A stretch of 59,675 bases of DNA, filler included, from Sphacelaria rigidula (taxonomy: Eukaryota): NCBI GenBank assembly GCA_964200075.2. It is 10 parts of 10 records of this genome, joined end to end, with 100 filler letters (N's around TTAATTAATTAA, not from the genome) between each part and the next. Parts side by side here need not be neighbours in the genome. Positions count along the whole stretch, not along the records: positions 1 to 5,878 come from CAXNAA020023788.1; positions 5,979 to 11,856 come from CAXNAA020023789.1; 8 more parts are not named here. One strand, written 5' to 3'. This document shows positions 1 to 11,856 of the stretch, piece after piece. Every line of letters begins with the position of its first letter. Position 1 is the first letter of the stretch. The notes beneath the pieces were generated by a model that saw nothing but the letters and a program-made list of their open reading frames with translations, made no database searches and was not told where the DNA came from. Position numbers and translations under genes: made by a program.

Positions 1-172
1 TTATGAGCCTCGTTTTTCGTGCAACCAAATTCCCCCCCCCTATCGTAGGATGACTCGATGAAGAATCGCGCTCAGTCTAGTTTGCTGGAAGGAGATGTAA
101 GGGTTATGAAGTCAAGACAACGTCGAACGAAGCGCATGCTTCTACACTAGAGCAACTCCCCCATGCGTCTAG

Positions 173-1193
173 ACCCGAATATTTCACCAGGAGCTGATGG
201 TATTTATCCTATCAACGTTTGCATGCCCACCAACTCGTCGGTAGGGGTGCCCGAAAAAATCGATAACAGACTCCACGGTGAACGTACGTAGGATATTTAC
301 GCACACAGCATTAGTAATTTGCGTACTTGGAATAAAAGCGCAAACAAAAAAAAGGAATACACCTCAAGCGATTGACGCGCAGCTTGCACAGTATTGCAGA
401 TTAACATTCAATTATCGTCATCATCCAATCGATCGCACGCTCACGTGCTTGACGTACAAACACGGGATTAAAAAAAACGACGGTGGATTTGTGTTCAGAA
501 CTGACCTTGGGAAACTTCATAAGCCTCGATATATGTCGAAAACAAAACGGCACATGTTCCATCCGGCCGTGATGTGTGGCCTCGCCCATCTTCGAAAAAA
601 CATTCCCGACTTGTCAAATCCCGTGGTAACTGGGGATTCTGAAAAATAAGAACAACATTTTGTACGGGAATGTAGGGGAGTCGAAATCGTTCGGGATGAA
701 CACGGTATTTTACAAATTGCGGATGGATTCTCTTGAAGATGAACGAGGTCATATATCACGGCCGGATAGTGCGTTTCCACTTTCCTTGTAACATATTTTG
801 AAGCTAATGAAGTTTTCCAGGCTTCATCCTCAGAAAAAAAAACGTCCTCAATTTGTAAAATCCCGTGTTCATACGTCGATTACGTAAGCGTGCGGCCGAT
901 AGGATGATGACGGTAATTGGAAGTTGACCTACAACCGCACGTGAACTGTTTAAGGTATATACTTATATGTATTCGTATTAATTCCAAGTATGTTTGAGGC
1001 ATAAATATGTATATATTATATTTTCGTATGAATTCCAAGTATCTAATGTATTAATACCTGTATGTGAAAAATTACCTACATACGTTCACCGTGAGTTCTG
1101 GTACCGATGTTTTGGGACATCCCTGCCGATGAATTGATGGACACATCATCAACCCCGTACAGTTAAAATGACTCCTGGTGAAAGATGCAGGTC
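173..1193. mobile_element. Diverged ~1-kb foldback/palindromic element (arms ~173-626 and ~701-1193)
   Basis: Nested reverse-complement blocks: TTCACCAGGAG (~183) / CTCCTGGTGAA (~1172); CACGGTGAACGTACGTAGG / CCTACATACGTTCACCGTG; ATCCGGCCGTGAT (~561) / ATCACGGCCGGAT (~755). Confidence 0.8.
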
Positions 1194-1378
1194 GTTGTCA
1201 TTAATCTGTGAGTTCGGGGTTCACAAACAAGTTTCGTAATGCAGATCATTCGATTGGTCATATGACCAGGGTATGCAAAAACGCAAGAGAAGGGGGCAAA
1301 CCTTATGTCGTGAAAAGGGATGGATCGTGACCGTGCTCGAAATGATGCAGCACGTTTCGGACAAATGGGGTCCCGTCA

Positions 1379-1385
1379 TTGCTGC

Positions 1386-1421
<36 letters not shown>
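1379..1421. repeat. (TGT)n/(TGC)n microsatellite
   Basis: Read directly from the sequence. Confidence 0.95.
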
Positions 1422-2019
1422 AAGAGAAGCATCATTTGTAGCATATATATGAAGCTCTGCCGTTTATTTTTGCAATTCCCGAACTCGTTGAGCATCGGTG
1501 CCGCTCATTTTTTCAGCGAGCTCACGCAGACGCGTAGACCTCAAGACGCACACCATCAAAAGGTGAACCTGCCATACTTACACTTTGAACCTACAGTAAT
1601 AGAATTGCCTGGAATTCTGCAAATATCGTTGGTCTCGGGTTAACATAGATACCGCAACTCACCTACGTGCCCGTTAGTCACCTGTACCCGAGACGTCATC
1701 GTCGAGGGCGACGGCAGGGGTCAAATACACAATCTCCGCATTTCAGTAGGCTGACAGGTAGGTTTAGTGCATTATTACATCATGTGGACATGGTATATGC
1801 CACCACTATTGGTTCCATTTGGTTTCAGCGGCGCTCTCCTCTTGGGGTGCTTGTTGGGATTTCTTGACATGAACAGACTGCAAGAGCAGTTAACTGCGAA
1901 AAATATGAAGATGTTTGAACGACGTTTTGGGCTCGGCTTTCACGGCTGGAGCGCGAGCTAGGCCGTTTCATCTTTTGTCAGGTGTTTTCGACATCGTACG
2001 CATTTGAGTGTAGCCACGC

Positions 2020-2330
2020 CCCTGTGATGTGGATTAAATGGTCCGGCTGTCATCATCAGGGCGGAGAAAGCGTTGGTACTATTCCCGATGCGTTGGGTTT
2101 TTCCTTCGCAAGTACCTGATTTCCAATGTCCAAAGCGTGAGTGTTCGTGAGTATACACAAAAGTAGTCTTCTGAGTCTGTTTGACGATGGTTGGTGCAGT
2201 GCGGGAGTGCTGATAAGTCATCATCCAATTCGCGAGACCAAAATGCAAGGCGTGCGCCCGGGAAAAGATGGGTTGATCCCTTGAAACCACGGACTCGTCT
2301 CAATGAAGGGGCGGAGTTCAAAGCGCGACA
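2020..2330 (+). mobile_element. Dispersed SINE-like repeat, family A (decayed copy)
   Basis: Colinear with 8240-8530. Its tail motif GATGGGTTGATCCCTTGAAACCACGG recurs at ~7080-7130 (minus), ~28285 and ~52785. Confidence 0.65.
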
Positions 2331-2485
2331 AATAAATGAATAACAGTAATAAGGACATTATGAACACGCCATCACAGGGGGGTTATGCTCACCTTTTATC
2401 CAATCCTAAGGTACATGAAGTGGGGAAATTTGGGATTCACCGTGTGTATTGGTTGCACGGCCCATGCTGATGTGTTCCTCGGCAG

Positions 2486-2639
2486 GCGTGTGTAGTGCAG
2501 GAGCGGTCGACTTCCCCGTCTTCTAGGAGAATATGGTCAAGGCAACGGTTGAGGATGGAGCGACGACGGGATCGACTACGGCGCAGTAACAGCCGGGGCC
2601 GCGCACAGCTGCGTGAACCAGGATCTCGCGCAACGACAG
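2486..2639 (+). CDS. Putative internal exon of an unknown gene (ACVVQERSTSPSSRRIWSRQ...GSRATT)
   Basis: Branch-like GCTGAT plus TTCCTCGGCAG acceptor and strong CAG|GTGAGT donor. 154 bp ending in phase 1, which matches the phase of the exon at 4908. Confidence 0.45.
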
Positions 2640-2699
2640 GTGAGTGATACTTTGATATACGAAGATCATACCAGGACCTCCAACGGCACGGCAATGTTT

Positions 2700-3461
2700 C
2701 ACAGGCACCGTAGGTAAGGTACCGTACCGAGCGTACCCCCCGGTATTTACCGGGGTATCCCATACCGTGGTATGCGTAGGTATCGTAGGTATGACATTTG
2801 AACATACCGGATTGGGCGTGTACGGTAGGTATTGAAATCTCGAAATACCCTGGTATTGTAGGTATCGTAGATATGAGTTTCGAAGATACCAGATTGGGTC
2901 AGTATCAGCAGGGTATGAGATGTTCCGAATACCTGCACCGGGTACCTGCCTTACCCTCTATACCGAATTCAAAACTGTCATCTGGCAGTGCGAAGCGTTC
3001 CAGGTCTGGGTGCTGGTAGTCGAAGTTTTCACAGGTACCGCAGGTAAGGTACCGTACCGAGCGTACCCCTGGTATTTACCGGGGTATCCCATATCGTGGT
3101 ACGCGTAGGTATCGTAGGTATGAGTTTTGAAAATACCGGATTGAGCGAGTACGGTAGGTATTGAAATCTCGAAGTACCCTGGTATCGTAGGTATCGTAGG
3201 TATGAGTTTTGAAAATAACGGATTGGGCGGGTACGGTAGGTTTTGAAATCTGGAAATACCCTAGTATCGCAAGTATCATGGGTATGACATTTGAAAATAC
3301 CGGATTGGGCGGGTACGGTAGGTACTGAAATAACGAAATGCCCTGGTATCGCAGGTATCGTAGGTATGACCTTTCAAAATACCGAATTGGACCGGTATTG
3401 GTAGGGTATGAGATGTCCCAAATACCGGTACCGGGTACCTACCTTACCTACGGTGCCTGTG
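2700..3461. mobile_element. MITE-like element with perfect 22-bp TIRs, made of two tandem copies with internal subrepeats
   Basis: CACAGGCACCGTAGGTAAGGTA (2700-2721) is the exact reverse complement of 3440-3461. A second left end starts at ~3030. Flanks CAATGTTT / CGATATTT match 6/8, a possible decayed 8-bp (hAT-type) TSD. Confidence 0.85.
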
Positions 3462-3499
3462 CGATATTTTGATTTCTACTGTATGTCGCCATAACTGTT

Positions 3500-4150
3500 G
3501 CACTAGAAGAGGTATGGGTTTTTCCCCCATAACCTTTACCTTGATACTCCCTTTTTGTCCTATCTTTTTGTTCTTCCTTTTTCCCTCTTCATCTACATCT
3601 CCCTTTCACGAGTAGTTTTCCTTTTCTTAGCGAGTATTTCCGCTTTGTTTACTGCGGGTACGTCCATCCACCCTTGTGGATAATGACCACACGGCTGGGA
3701 TCCCTGGGAGAGAAATTCATGTGCGACAATCAATATCATCAAATCTACCAAATCTAGATTTCCTCCCGGGTGAGATGCTTCATGGACATTCTGGGGCGAC
3801 TATTCGTACAATACACTCTCTATGCTATTCACCCCTGTCTCATCGTCGAAAACATTCAGGTGCATTGCACGACAGCGATGGCGGCTGCCATTCACCGGCG
3901 GGGGGGATAGTAACTGTCCCCTCTATCCCAGCTAGTGGCGGCGGTAAGTTCGCTCGGAAAACAACAATTATAAACCCGATAAAAGGTGGCGGTTGCTGTG
4001 GAGGATACACCTCCCTTCTCATTTCGCCTTATTTTTATTTCGATCTTTCTGTTTCTGCCAAAAACGTGTTTTGTATGCAGAGCTCCCTTGGACTAGGTTT
4101 TCTTTTTCGGATTACCTTGGGTAGGTACATCCGTCCGTCCGTTTCGTGAT
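3500..4150 (+). repeat. Dispersed repeat related to ~29100-29790 (minus)
   Basis: Shared core ACGTCCATC...TTGTGGATAATGA (~3660 vs reverse complement of ~29590) preceded by a pyrimidine-rich tract in both. Boundaries approximate. Confidence 0.45.
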
Positions 4151-4907
4151 TCCGGTTGAAATGATTCGAGGATCACTTAATGTGCGACAAGTTGTTCATC
4201 AATCAAATTGAATACGACACCCTCACGAGAGTATTCTATTCCGTATTCGCAGTTGGCTTATTTTCGCTGTTATAGAACGTCACATGTTTTCGTTCTCGCC
4301 GTCTCTTGCAGCAAGTACCACCGACGAGACACTGCTGCCCAGCGGCAGGTGCACAATACAAGAATATATAACACCGCTCAAAAAATAGGGCCCTGTGTAC
4401 GCTTCAGCGGTCGAGTGCGTAACGTCCCCAACCTGTGCGGAGGGGGTACGTGCCCACGCAGCTCTTTCATGTCACACCAAAAAGTAAGCACCCATGCCCA
4501 GGCTGGGATTTGACGGGCGCGATATATCATATTTTCAAGTCGGCGTCTGATGTGCGTATTCTGAGGCATAGGATGGGTGGACGACCTGCACAGTAACACG
4601 TTGTCTATTTGGTACACACTGATTCTCGAAAGTGTGTGATTCATTCATCACCGCATGCCATATGAAGGCAGCGCCTGTTCTGAGGATGAAGATTTCCGGG
4701 GGAAAGCACAAAATCGAATCGACGTTTGAGTAGACTGACTGGTGTGGTTGTCCATTCTTCAACCGAGGTGTGTGCTCTGTACGTTTGATTTGCCAGCATG
4801 TTCACTAGCGATTGCAGGCGCTCGTCAGGCATCACACGCTTGATTTCGTCCATGTGTTTCGACTCAAAGCAATTCATTTCATCACCACACCGATCGATCT
4901 TGTTCAG

Positions 4908-5701
4908 ACGAGACGGTGTATCGCCGCATGGCTCTCGACTTCTTGGAGGACGTCGTATCTCAAGTCGGCCAACAACAACAACCACAACAACCACAACAAC
5001 CACAACAACAAAGCCGTACTACACCCGAAAGTGCGACATCACCACCGACAACAGCAACGCCAAAAAGGAGGAGAAAAAGGGCGGGGGGAGGGGAGAGGAC
5101 ATTGAGAAGGCGGAGGGGGAGCAGGAGGGCCAACAGAAACCGAAACCGCAGATCCTCTTCGATGTCACCATCATCATCACAGCCGTTAGCTGGGCAGCAG
5201 CCGCCTATAGCTACCCGCGACACTTCCCCTGTTGCATCGTTGTCACCAAAGGAGGAACTCTGGCACAGTGACGCAGAGTTAGGATCAGTATTCGGGTCAG
5301 TGCCAGGGTCTGGCCTAGCGTTTGAGTTCAGCAGGGGTCTCGGGAACGAGGTGGGGGACCGTCATCACTCGAGCGTGTCGAACCTATTGCTAATGCCACC
5401 GCGGGGCGGAGAAGGAGCGCGTCGTGGCCACGATGACGACGATAGCTATGTTTTCGATCGAGGGGAGGAAGTTGAAGATTGTGGTGAGGAGAGGAGAGCT
5501 ACTGGCGCTGGCGGAAACCGAAGCGAACATCATGGTAGCGGCGCGTTAGCGGGCGATATTGTTGAGCGGGCTGGGCGTGATGCAGGGGTTGTTGTTCTTC
5601 ATTCTGGTGTCGTACGTGTTGAAGACGGAAAGGAAGTAGGAGCGGTGCCGGATGAGGAGGCGGCGGAGGCGAACTTGTCTCCGCCGAATGTGCTGATATG
5701 A
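4908..5701 (+). CDS. Putative terminal exon of an unknown low-complexity (Q/S/R/acidic) protein
   Basis: TCTTGTTCAG acceptor at 4906-4907, GC-rich 261-aa open frame to TGA at 5699-5701, phase compatible with exon 2486-2639. No recognisable domain. Confidence 0.55.
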
Positions 5702-5721
5702 TGGTAGTATGACAGGTGAGG

Positions 5722-5847
5722 CGATTGAGGATGAGGATGGTAATGATGATGATGATGGTGATGATGATGATGATGATGATGATCACGATGATGATGGTAA
5801 TGATGATGATGGTAATGATGATGATGATCACGATGATGATGATGGTA

Positions 5848-5878
<31 letters not shown>
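5722..5878. repeat. (GAT)n-based compound microsatellite at contig end
   Basis: Read directly from the sequence. Confidence 0.95.
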
Positions 5879-7194
5879 NNNNNNNNNNNNNNNNNNNNNN
5901 NNNNNNNNNNNNNNNNNNNNNNTTAATTAATTAANNNNNNNNNNNNNNNNNNNNNNNNNNNNNNNNNNNNNNNNNNNNTTTTTTTTTTTGTTTTTTTTTT
6001 TTTTTTTTTTTTTTTGTTTGTGTTTTGTTTTGGTTGTGGGTGTTTGGGGGGGGAGTCCGGATGCACTGAGTAAAGGAGACGATGTTGATGAGCGGCGTAA
6101 ACACCCAAGCGATGTTGATACCGATGGCAGCAATATGAATGATATTTTCTGCTTGCAACGACACTTCAACTGGACTGACTCCTTGGTGCAAATGTGGGTC
6201 TCCAAGACGCGCGCACGTACACATGGACAGGCTCGTCACTGCATTGCATCATCACTCGCTTCACGGACCAGATAGTTCTTCATGCCGTCCAGGGTATGTA
6301 GAGTGCTGGACTGACAAGCACCGCGTAGTGCTACTACTGAAAGAGTGATCATCCCCTGCTCAATTCATACCAACGGGAGCGTTCGCGTCATGACCATCAT
6401 GTACACATGCACGTCTGGCGAAAAAGATCCCAAGCCATCGGCGATTGACGCGGTGATGGCAACCCTCATTATTAAATTTTTGTCGACGGCATTTAGGGTA
6501 ACAGGACACCACTACCGAGAACCGTACTGCAGGACAACACAAACGCGATGGAGCAAATCCTGACCCAGCACCTTTGACCGAACACTGATTACACAAGAGG
6601 GAAAGGCAACACAAAAGCACCGCCAAGTCATCCACGAGGTCACATCACGATTGGACGCGAGAGGTGTCAAGACCATATATTTGTACCCAAGCTAACCGCT
6701 TCAAGACAACACTTGAGGTGGTAAGCGGTACGTCTCCACGTATGTGGATTATGACCGACATTGCAATAGCTCGACGACGCCTGAACCCTCAATACTGCAC
6801 GTGGGCAAAGACGTGGTTGCAAATCGTCACCATGCATCGCTTTGTTTGAGACAAAATTCATCCGTTCCTACGGTTGACATAACTACAAGCTGGACCAGCT
6901 GACAGCAATTCTTGAGTACTTTCCCCTGTCCCAACACCGGGTATAAAGGGTTCCGACACTGAAAGGCGGTGTCAGGAGAGGGGAAGGAAGTCAGGGAAAG
7001 TTCCGATCATGAGAGCCAGTCCCCGCATAGTACAAAATTCGCATGTGTTTCGGGCATGCTTTCGGCTCCCCCCCTTCCTGCGCGCGAGTCCATGGTTGCA
7101 AGGGATCAATCGACCCATCTGTCCCCCCGTGCATGCCCGATGATACCGTACGTATCGCGGGTGTGGATCAGCACTCTCGCACAGCGTCGAGTTT

Positions 7195-7268
7195 CATCAA
7201 CTATCAACGATCACCCATCACCCATCACCTGTCAACAATCAACTATGAAGTATCAACTATCAACTAAT
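7195..7268. repeat. Degenerate 7-bp tandem repeat (ATCAACT/ATCACCC)
   Basis: Read directly, about ten imperfect units. Confidence 0.75.
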
Positions 7269-8239
7269 TTTCTGCTACCCACGTCCGTTCGTCTACAAGG
7301 ACGGGAATCAAGCATGAGGTGTCCCTAATGAACAAAAAACGAAAGAAACGTATAGAATTGAATATGCAGGACATGAAACCCCCTGCCCAGCGCCCACTAT
7401 TTTTTCAGAATAAAAAAGGTACACATTTCAAGGTACAGCGGCTGTATACGCAAGGCCAAGCCGGACTCGAGATTCACGGGCTCTGTTCGCGCCACCTCGT
7501 TGCTCCACCAGACAAACGAAATAACACCTCACACGAAACGAGATAATTCACAGGACCAGCATCTAGCCCTTGGAGGAGGTCACGAGGTCACCTGCGAGTC
7601 TCAAGCCCCATAAGCACACAGCGCAGGTCACGGCTATTTGTCTCGCGTGGTAAAACCCCCCCATAACGAGCGTCAGAACGGCCAGCACTACAAAGTTGCT
7701 TCCTCCGGCGAAGTCAGTCACCTGGAGAGAAGAAGGAATTCATACGTGAAAAAGATACGACAGGAAGAACTCGTGGAGCATAACAGGGTACATTTCTTTG
7801 ACACGGGACGATTTCCACAGCAAACGGGTATCAGGGATATGATGAGTATAGGCGCACACGGCAAGAAATGCGCCTCGATAATAGGACACATGAGCGAATA
7901 TCTCTCCACTCAGAAAAAACACGGAAACAAAATATAAAACACGAGAGGCACAATAAGATGGGCACCAACCCAGGCTAGCTTGAACCAGGCTGTGCCAGCG
8001 GATATGTTCATGAAATCGATCCATATTGGCACACGGTGGATGCGCGGGCGGGAGAAAACCGACGCACGCACATCTTGCCCCAAGCGTCGCACTAAATAGA
8101 TCCGGAGTTGACCTTTCTACTGCGCAGACCTCCAGCTCGACCCTGAGTGGACAGACGCACTCTTCCGCAGGGCTTCGGGACGCTTCTCCTCGGCGGGGAG
8201 ACAGCGTATACTGTAGGTAAATGAGGCCGTTGCTACGGA

Positions 8240-8530
8240 TTGGCGTAAATTAAAATGGTCCGACCGTCACCATCAGGGTGGAGAGAACACGGGTTCGATT
8301 CCCAACGCGTTGGGTTTTTTTTCTTTCCACGAAGTGTCTAATTTCCACCGCCGAAAGCGGGAGTACGTCAGTGAACAAAAAGTGGTCGACTGACTTTGTT
8401 TGACGAGAGTTGGCGCGGTGCGGGAGTACGGACACAATCCGCGAGAGACCAAAATACAAGGCCTGCACCGGAGAGAGAGCTTGATCATTCGACACCACGG
8501 ACTTGTCCCGAGGAAGGGGAGGGGTTAAAC
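8240..8530 (+). mobile_element. tRNA-derived SINE-like repeat, family A
   Basis: Pol III B-box GGTTCGATTCC at ~8292 in the head. Body shared with 2020-2330 and 26225-26415. Confidence 0.6.
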
Positions 8531-9253
8531 GTGTGTAAAAAAAAGAGTGTCACAGGTGGTGGAACACTCAAACCGTCACACTAGGGAACAAACTGTTGAG
8601 AAAAGAAGGGTGACAGGTGAGGGAGCAGGCAAAAACGACAACCCCGGCGCATCAGAGTCACCGCTCGAGCTAGTCGATGTCCTCCCAGAAATAGGAGCTT
8701 AAGCACCACTATTGCGGACGCGGAGGAGTAGCGATGGGGGGGGAGGGGGGGGGGGTGACGTGACATAACCCCTCAGAACACTACAGGCTGGTCCCAGTAC
8801 TTCCAAGACAAAAAAAGTGTCGCCGGGACAAACAAACAGGATGATCCGCACCAGGAAAAGTAACACAATATGTAGGTTTTCTGCAGTAGTGTATTCATCC
8901 TAGAGTGTGTCGTTTGCTCTGACCGATCATCCTTCCTGTAACCCAACATCATTCTAGGACCCCGAAAACGACCCGGTGGCGGTTAGCGTTCGTGCCCATT
9001 GTGTATAACAATCGATGTACGCCAATGCTTGCTTGATTGCGTTCGAAACGTGATGACACCGTGTTCTTCATTTATTTTCGCTATTAAACTAGGAGGTTCG
9101 GCGGAATTGAATTCGTTCGTTGTGCGCGCTTTGGGTCCGAGCGAGTTTGCATGCTTTCGATCTAAAAAGACGGCGAAATTCGTGAGGCGATACTTGTTCA
9201 CGTTTACTCAGTACAGACAGTACAGTGCTGTCTGTACCGTCTGCACGGTGCTC

Positions 9254-9601
9254 CAAGGGCAGGTCGAGTAGAGTACACTCAAAACTCAGTATTTTCTACG
9301 CGTCATACTGTCAGTACTCAATTTTTGGGAAGAGCATTCGAGGTTGATCTCAATCTAATCAAATTTTAGAGTAGAGTATTTCAGATCATACTTAATCTAC
9401 TCAAAATTCGAGCAGAGAATTGAGGTCATACTCTAGTGATACTTTGTACTCAAGTATCACTGAGAGGTCGTACTCGATCTACTCAAAATTTGAGTAGAGT
9501 ATTTGAGGCCGTACTCGACCTGCTCAAACTTTGAGTAGAGTAAATACTCAAGTATTTTACTCGAGTACTCAAAAGTACATACTCTACTCGACCTGCCCTT
9601 G
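9254..9601. mobile_element. hAT-like MITE (348 bp)
   Basis: Perfect 22-bp TIR CAAGGGCAGGTCGAGTAGAGTA, internal TACTC/GAGTA subrepeats, flanking 8-mers CGGTGCTC / CAGTGTTC (6/8). Confidence 0.85.
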
Positions 9602-11662
9602 CAGTGTTCGTGTTTCGTACTGTAGGATGAGAAAAAAAGCGTGGTAAGAGTGTTGTAGACACAGCACAGTACTGTCCACACTCTCTGCATACAGAAGGAA
9701 GTAGAATAGAAAAGATTGACACAACTTGCAGTCTTACACTGCCTGTACAGAATCGTCCGTGAGTGTGTACACCCGTCGGTCACCCACCCCATCACGCCAT
9801 TCCGTCGCCAACCCCTACAGTGAAAGATTCTCAAATTTTCGCCGGGAAAAAAAAACATATCGTGCCAAGAGGGTGGTAGTGTCTGTTGTCATCACTTCAG
9901 TGTATGCATGCCTGTGCTCAACTTGTGATAAATGCTGCACGCTTGCGTTGGTTGGCGAGAGAAGATCGTGTGAGGCTTGCATGGTTCTGTGGAAGGGTGA
10001 GATCTGGCGTGGTGGTTTGCAAGATGGGAGTCGAGGGCCCCCTTGTTATTTTCCGCCGCATGTGTTCGACGGTAATCGCTACGATCTTGCCATGTTTTAC
10101 CCTAGGGGTTGCGCCTGACTTGAAGCCATCTGAGAACATGAAAAGCGTGGATGTAATCAGATACAATATTTCTTCTCCACCGTAGGTCTTCGATCGACCA
10201 AAAAAATCATACGAATATCCTGGACATTTTGCTCGAGGCTTGAGAAGGCCTCAAATTTTGAGGAGAGGTACAACTCCACAACTTTTAGGTCATCGTTCAA
10301 TTATTTTCCTTCCTCATTTTGCCCTAGAAACAAGGGTGGGTCACTTCTTCGGAAACTCAGTAAAATCGATCTGACTCTAAATGAGACAGGCAACATTTAT
10401 AACTATCATCTTCGAATGGGCGATGTGCACCTCTCCACTATATCCCAGTTGGAAGTCCAGCGAGTCGACCGCTGGAAATCATGAGATTCGTCGTGCGCGT
10501 GACTTGTACAGGCTGGGCCAACCTCAAAAGCGGACTTGGAGTTTGCAGGCCCATTCGCAATTCAATACTCAGTTGAACACTGAGAATTGGTATGGAAAAT
10601 CATAGGGCAAAAAAAAAACATGGTCCCACATATATATTTTTTCCCTGACTTAACGGCATAATGAACCAAACAAAGTGCGTCCGGTTGGTGTTCACATTTT
10701 CGTTCAGTGGTTCAGGGCGTTCTAGCATGGTGACGGCCATTTTTTACAAGAACACCCGAAACTCTCTCAAGAAAAAAATCAAGGCTCTTTTTTCTTCTTT
10801 TTTCAGCATACCTTTGTGGTTCCCCGTGCTAAGTTCAATATCACAATTGTGAAAATGGAGCTGAAAAAATGAGATAAGACCCATGAGCAATGTTTACCCC
10901 TCATCAAAACTCCCTCCAAAACACAAAAAGAAAATGAAATAAAACTGTTTTACTCAGCTTTATTTTACTCCAGCGGTTTTCCATCCGGAATTTCATAGGT
11001 CAACTCTCAAAAACTAAGACGAGATAATCAAATTTAGCTCATCTGGTGCCTCTGCTCGTAATATATTGATTCAAGTATTGGACCTCATGTGCGCCATATC
11101 TCGAGATGGATAACGAATTAGGTGAAGGTGAGGTTATTCATCGTCTCCCCGTGCCCCAGCGAATGTCCACACGAAAAATCGTCGTCATACGCTGAATGTA
11201 TCGTTCGGGGTTTCATGAATATTTATTATGGACGTTATTTCCGTACGGTTTAGGAATTACTAGACATGGAGGTTACTTAATCAACGAGAAAAACATGGTC
11301 TGGACTTTTGAGCAAATGGGCATTTTCCCCTTTATTAGACGATTTACCCTCGTGGGACCGGCCCTTCAACACAGAGTTGACCATGTGTTCGTGGAATAAT
11401 AAATAAACAAGTCAGGAAGCGACCTACTCAATCACGGCGAGGCGAAATGTATCGTCCAGACCCGAACGATAAGCGGGGACTGTTGCCGAGTGTGATGTCA
11501 CTGTAAATATCGTGTGGGGGCCCCATCCCTGACCCGGATAAATTTCAAAGCTTAATAAAGCCGGGATGCTCGGAGTATGGCTTATCGTATTACTCGCATC
11601 CAGTATAGCGTTCCCGGGATTCCCCGGGAGCTTTTTTGGGTCGCCAGCCTGTACTAAAACGT

Positions 11663-11856
11663 AGTTATTACACCAACAGAGGGTGGAGTGGCAAAAACTG
11701 GGTACGAGTGTTCCACGCTATATGGACCTCAGCGGCAAACAAGGAGGGGGGGTTGCCGTGGCACGCGGGAGTGCTGCAGGGAGCGGAGAGGTTCATGATC
11801 TCATGGCACACTCGTACCCAGTTTTTGCCACTCCACCCTCTGTTGGTGTAATAACT
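11663..11856. repeat. Perfect 49-bp inverted repeat (11663-11711 / 11808-11856) with 96-bp loop, ending exactly at the contig end
   Basis: Exact reverse-complement match read from the sequence. Confidence 0.95.

Noticed and set aside
2700..3461. Repeat array as possible CRISPR or coding repeat
   Set aside because: Bounded by TIRs and lacking unique spacers; explained as a MITE.
5499..6239. Poly-I, poly-M, poly-D and poly-K ORFs
   Set aside because: Translations of (GAT)n, poly-T and the N linker.
8983..9201. IAKINEEHGVITF resembling a PCI-domain end
   Set aside because: No supporting splice sites or neighbouring exons.
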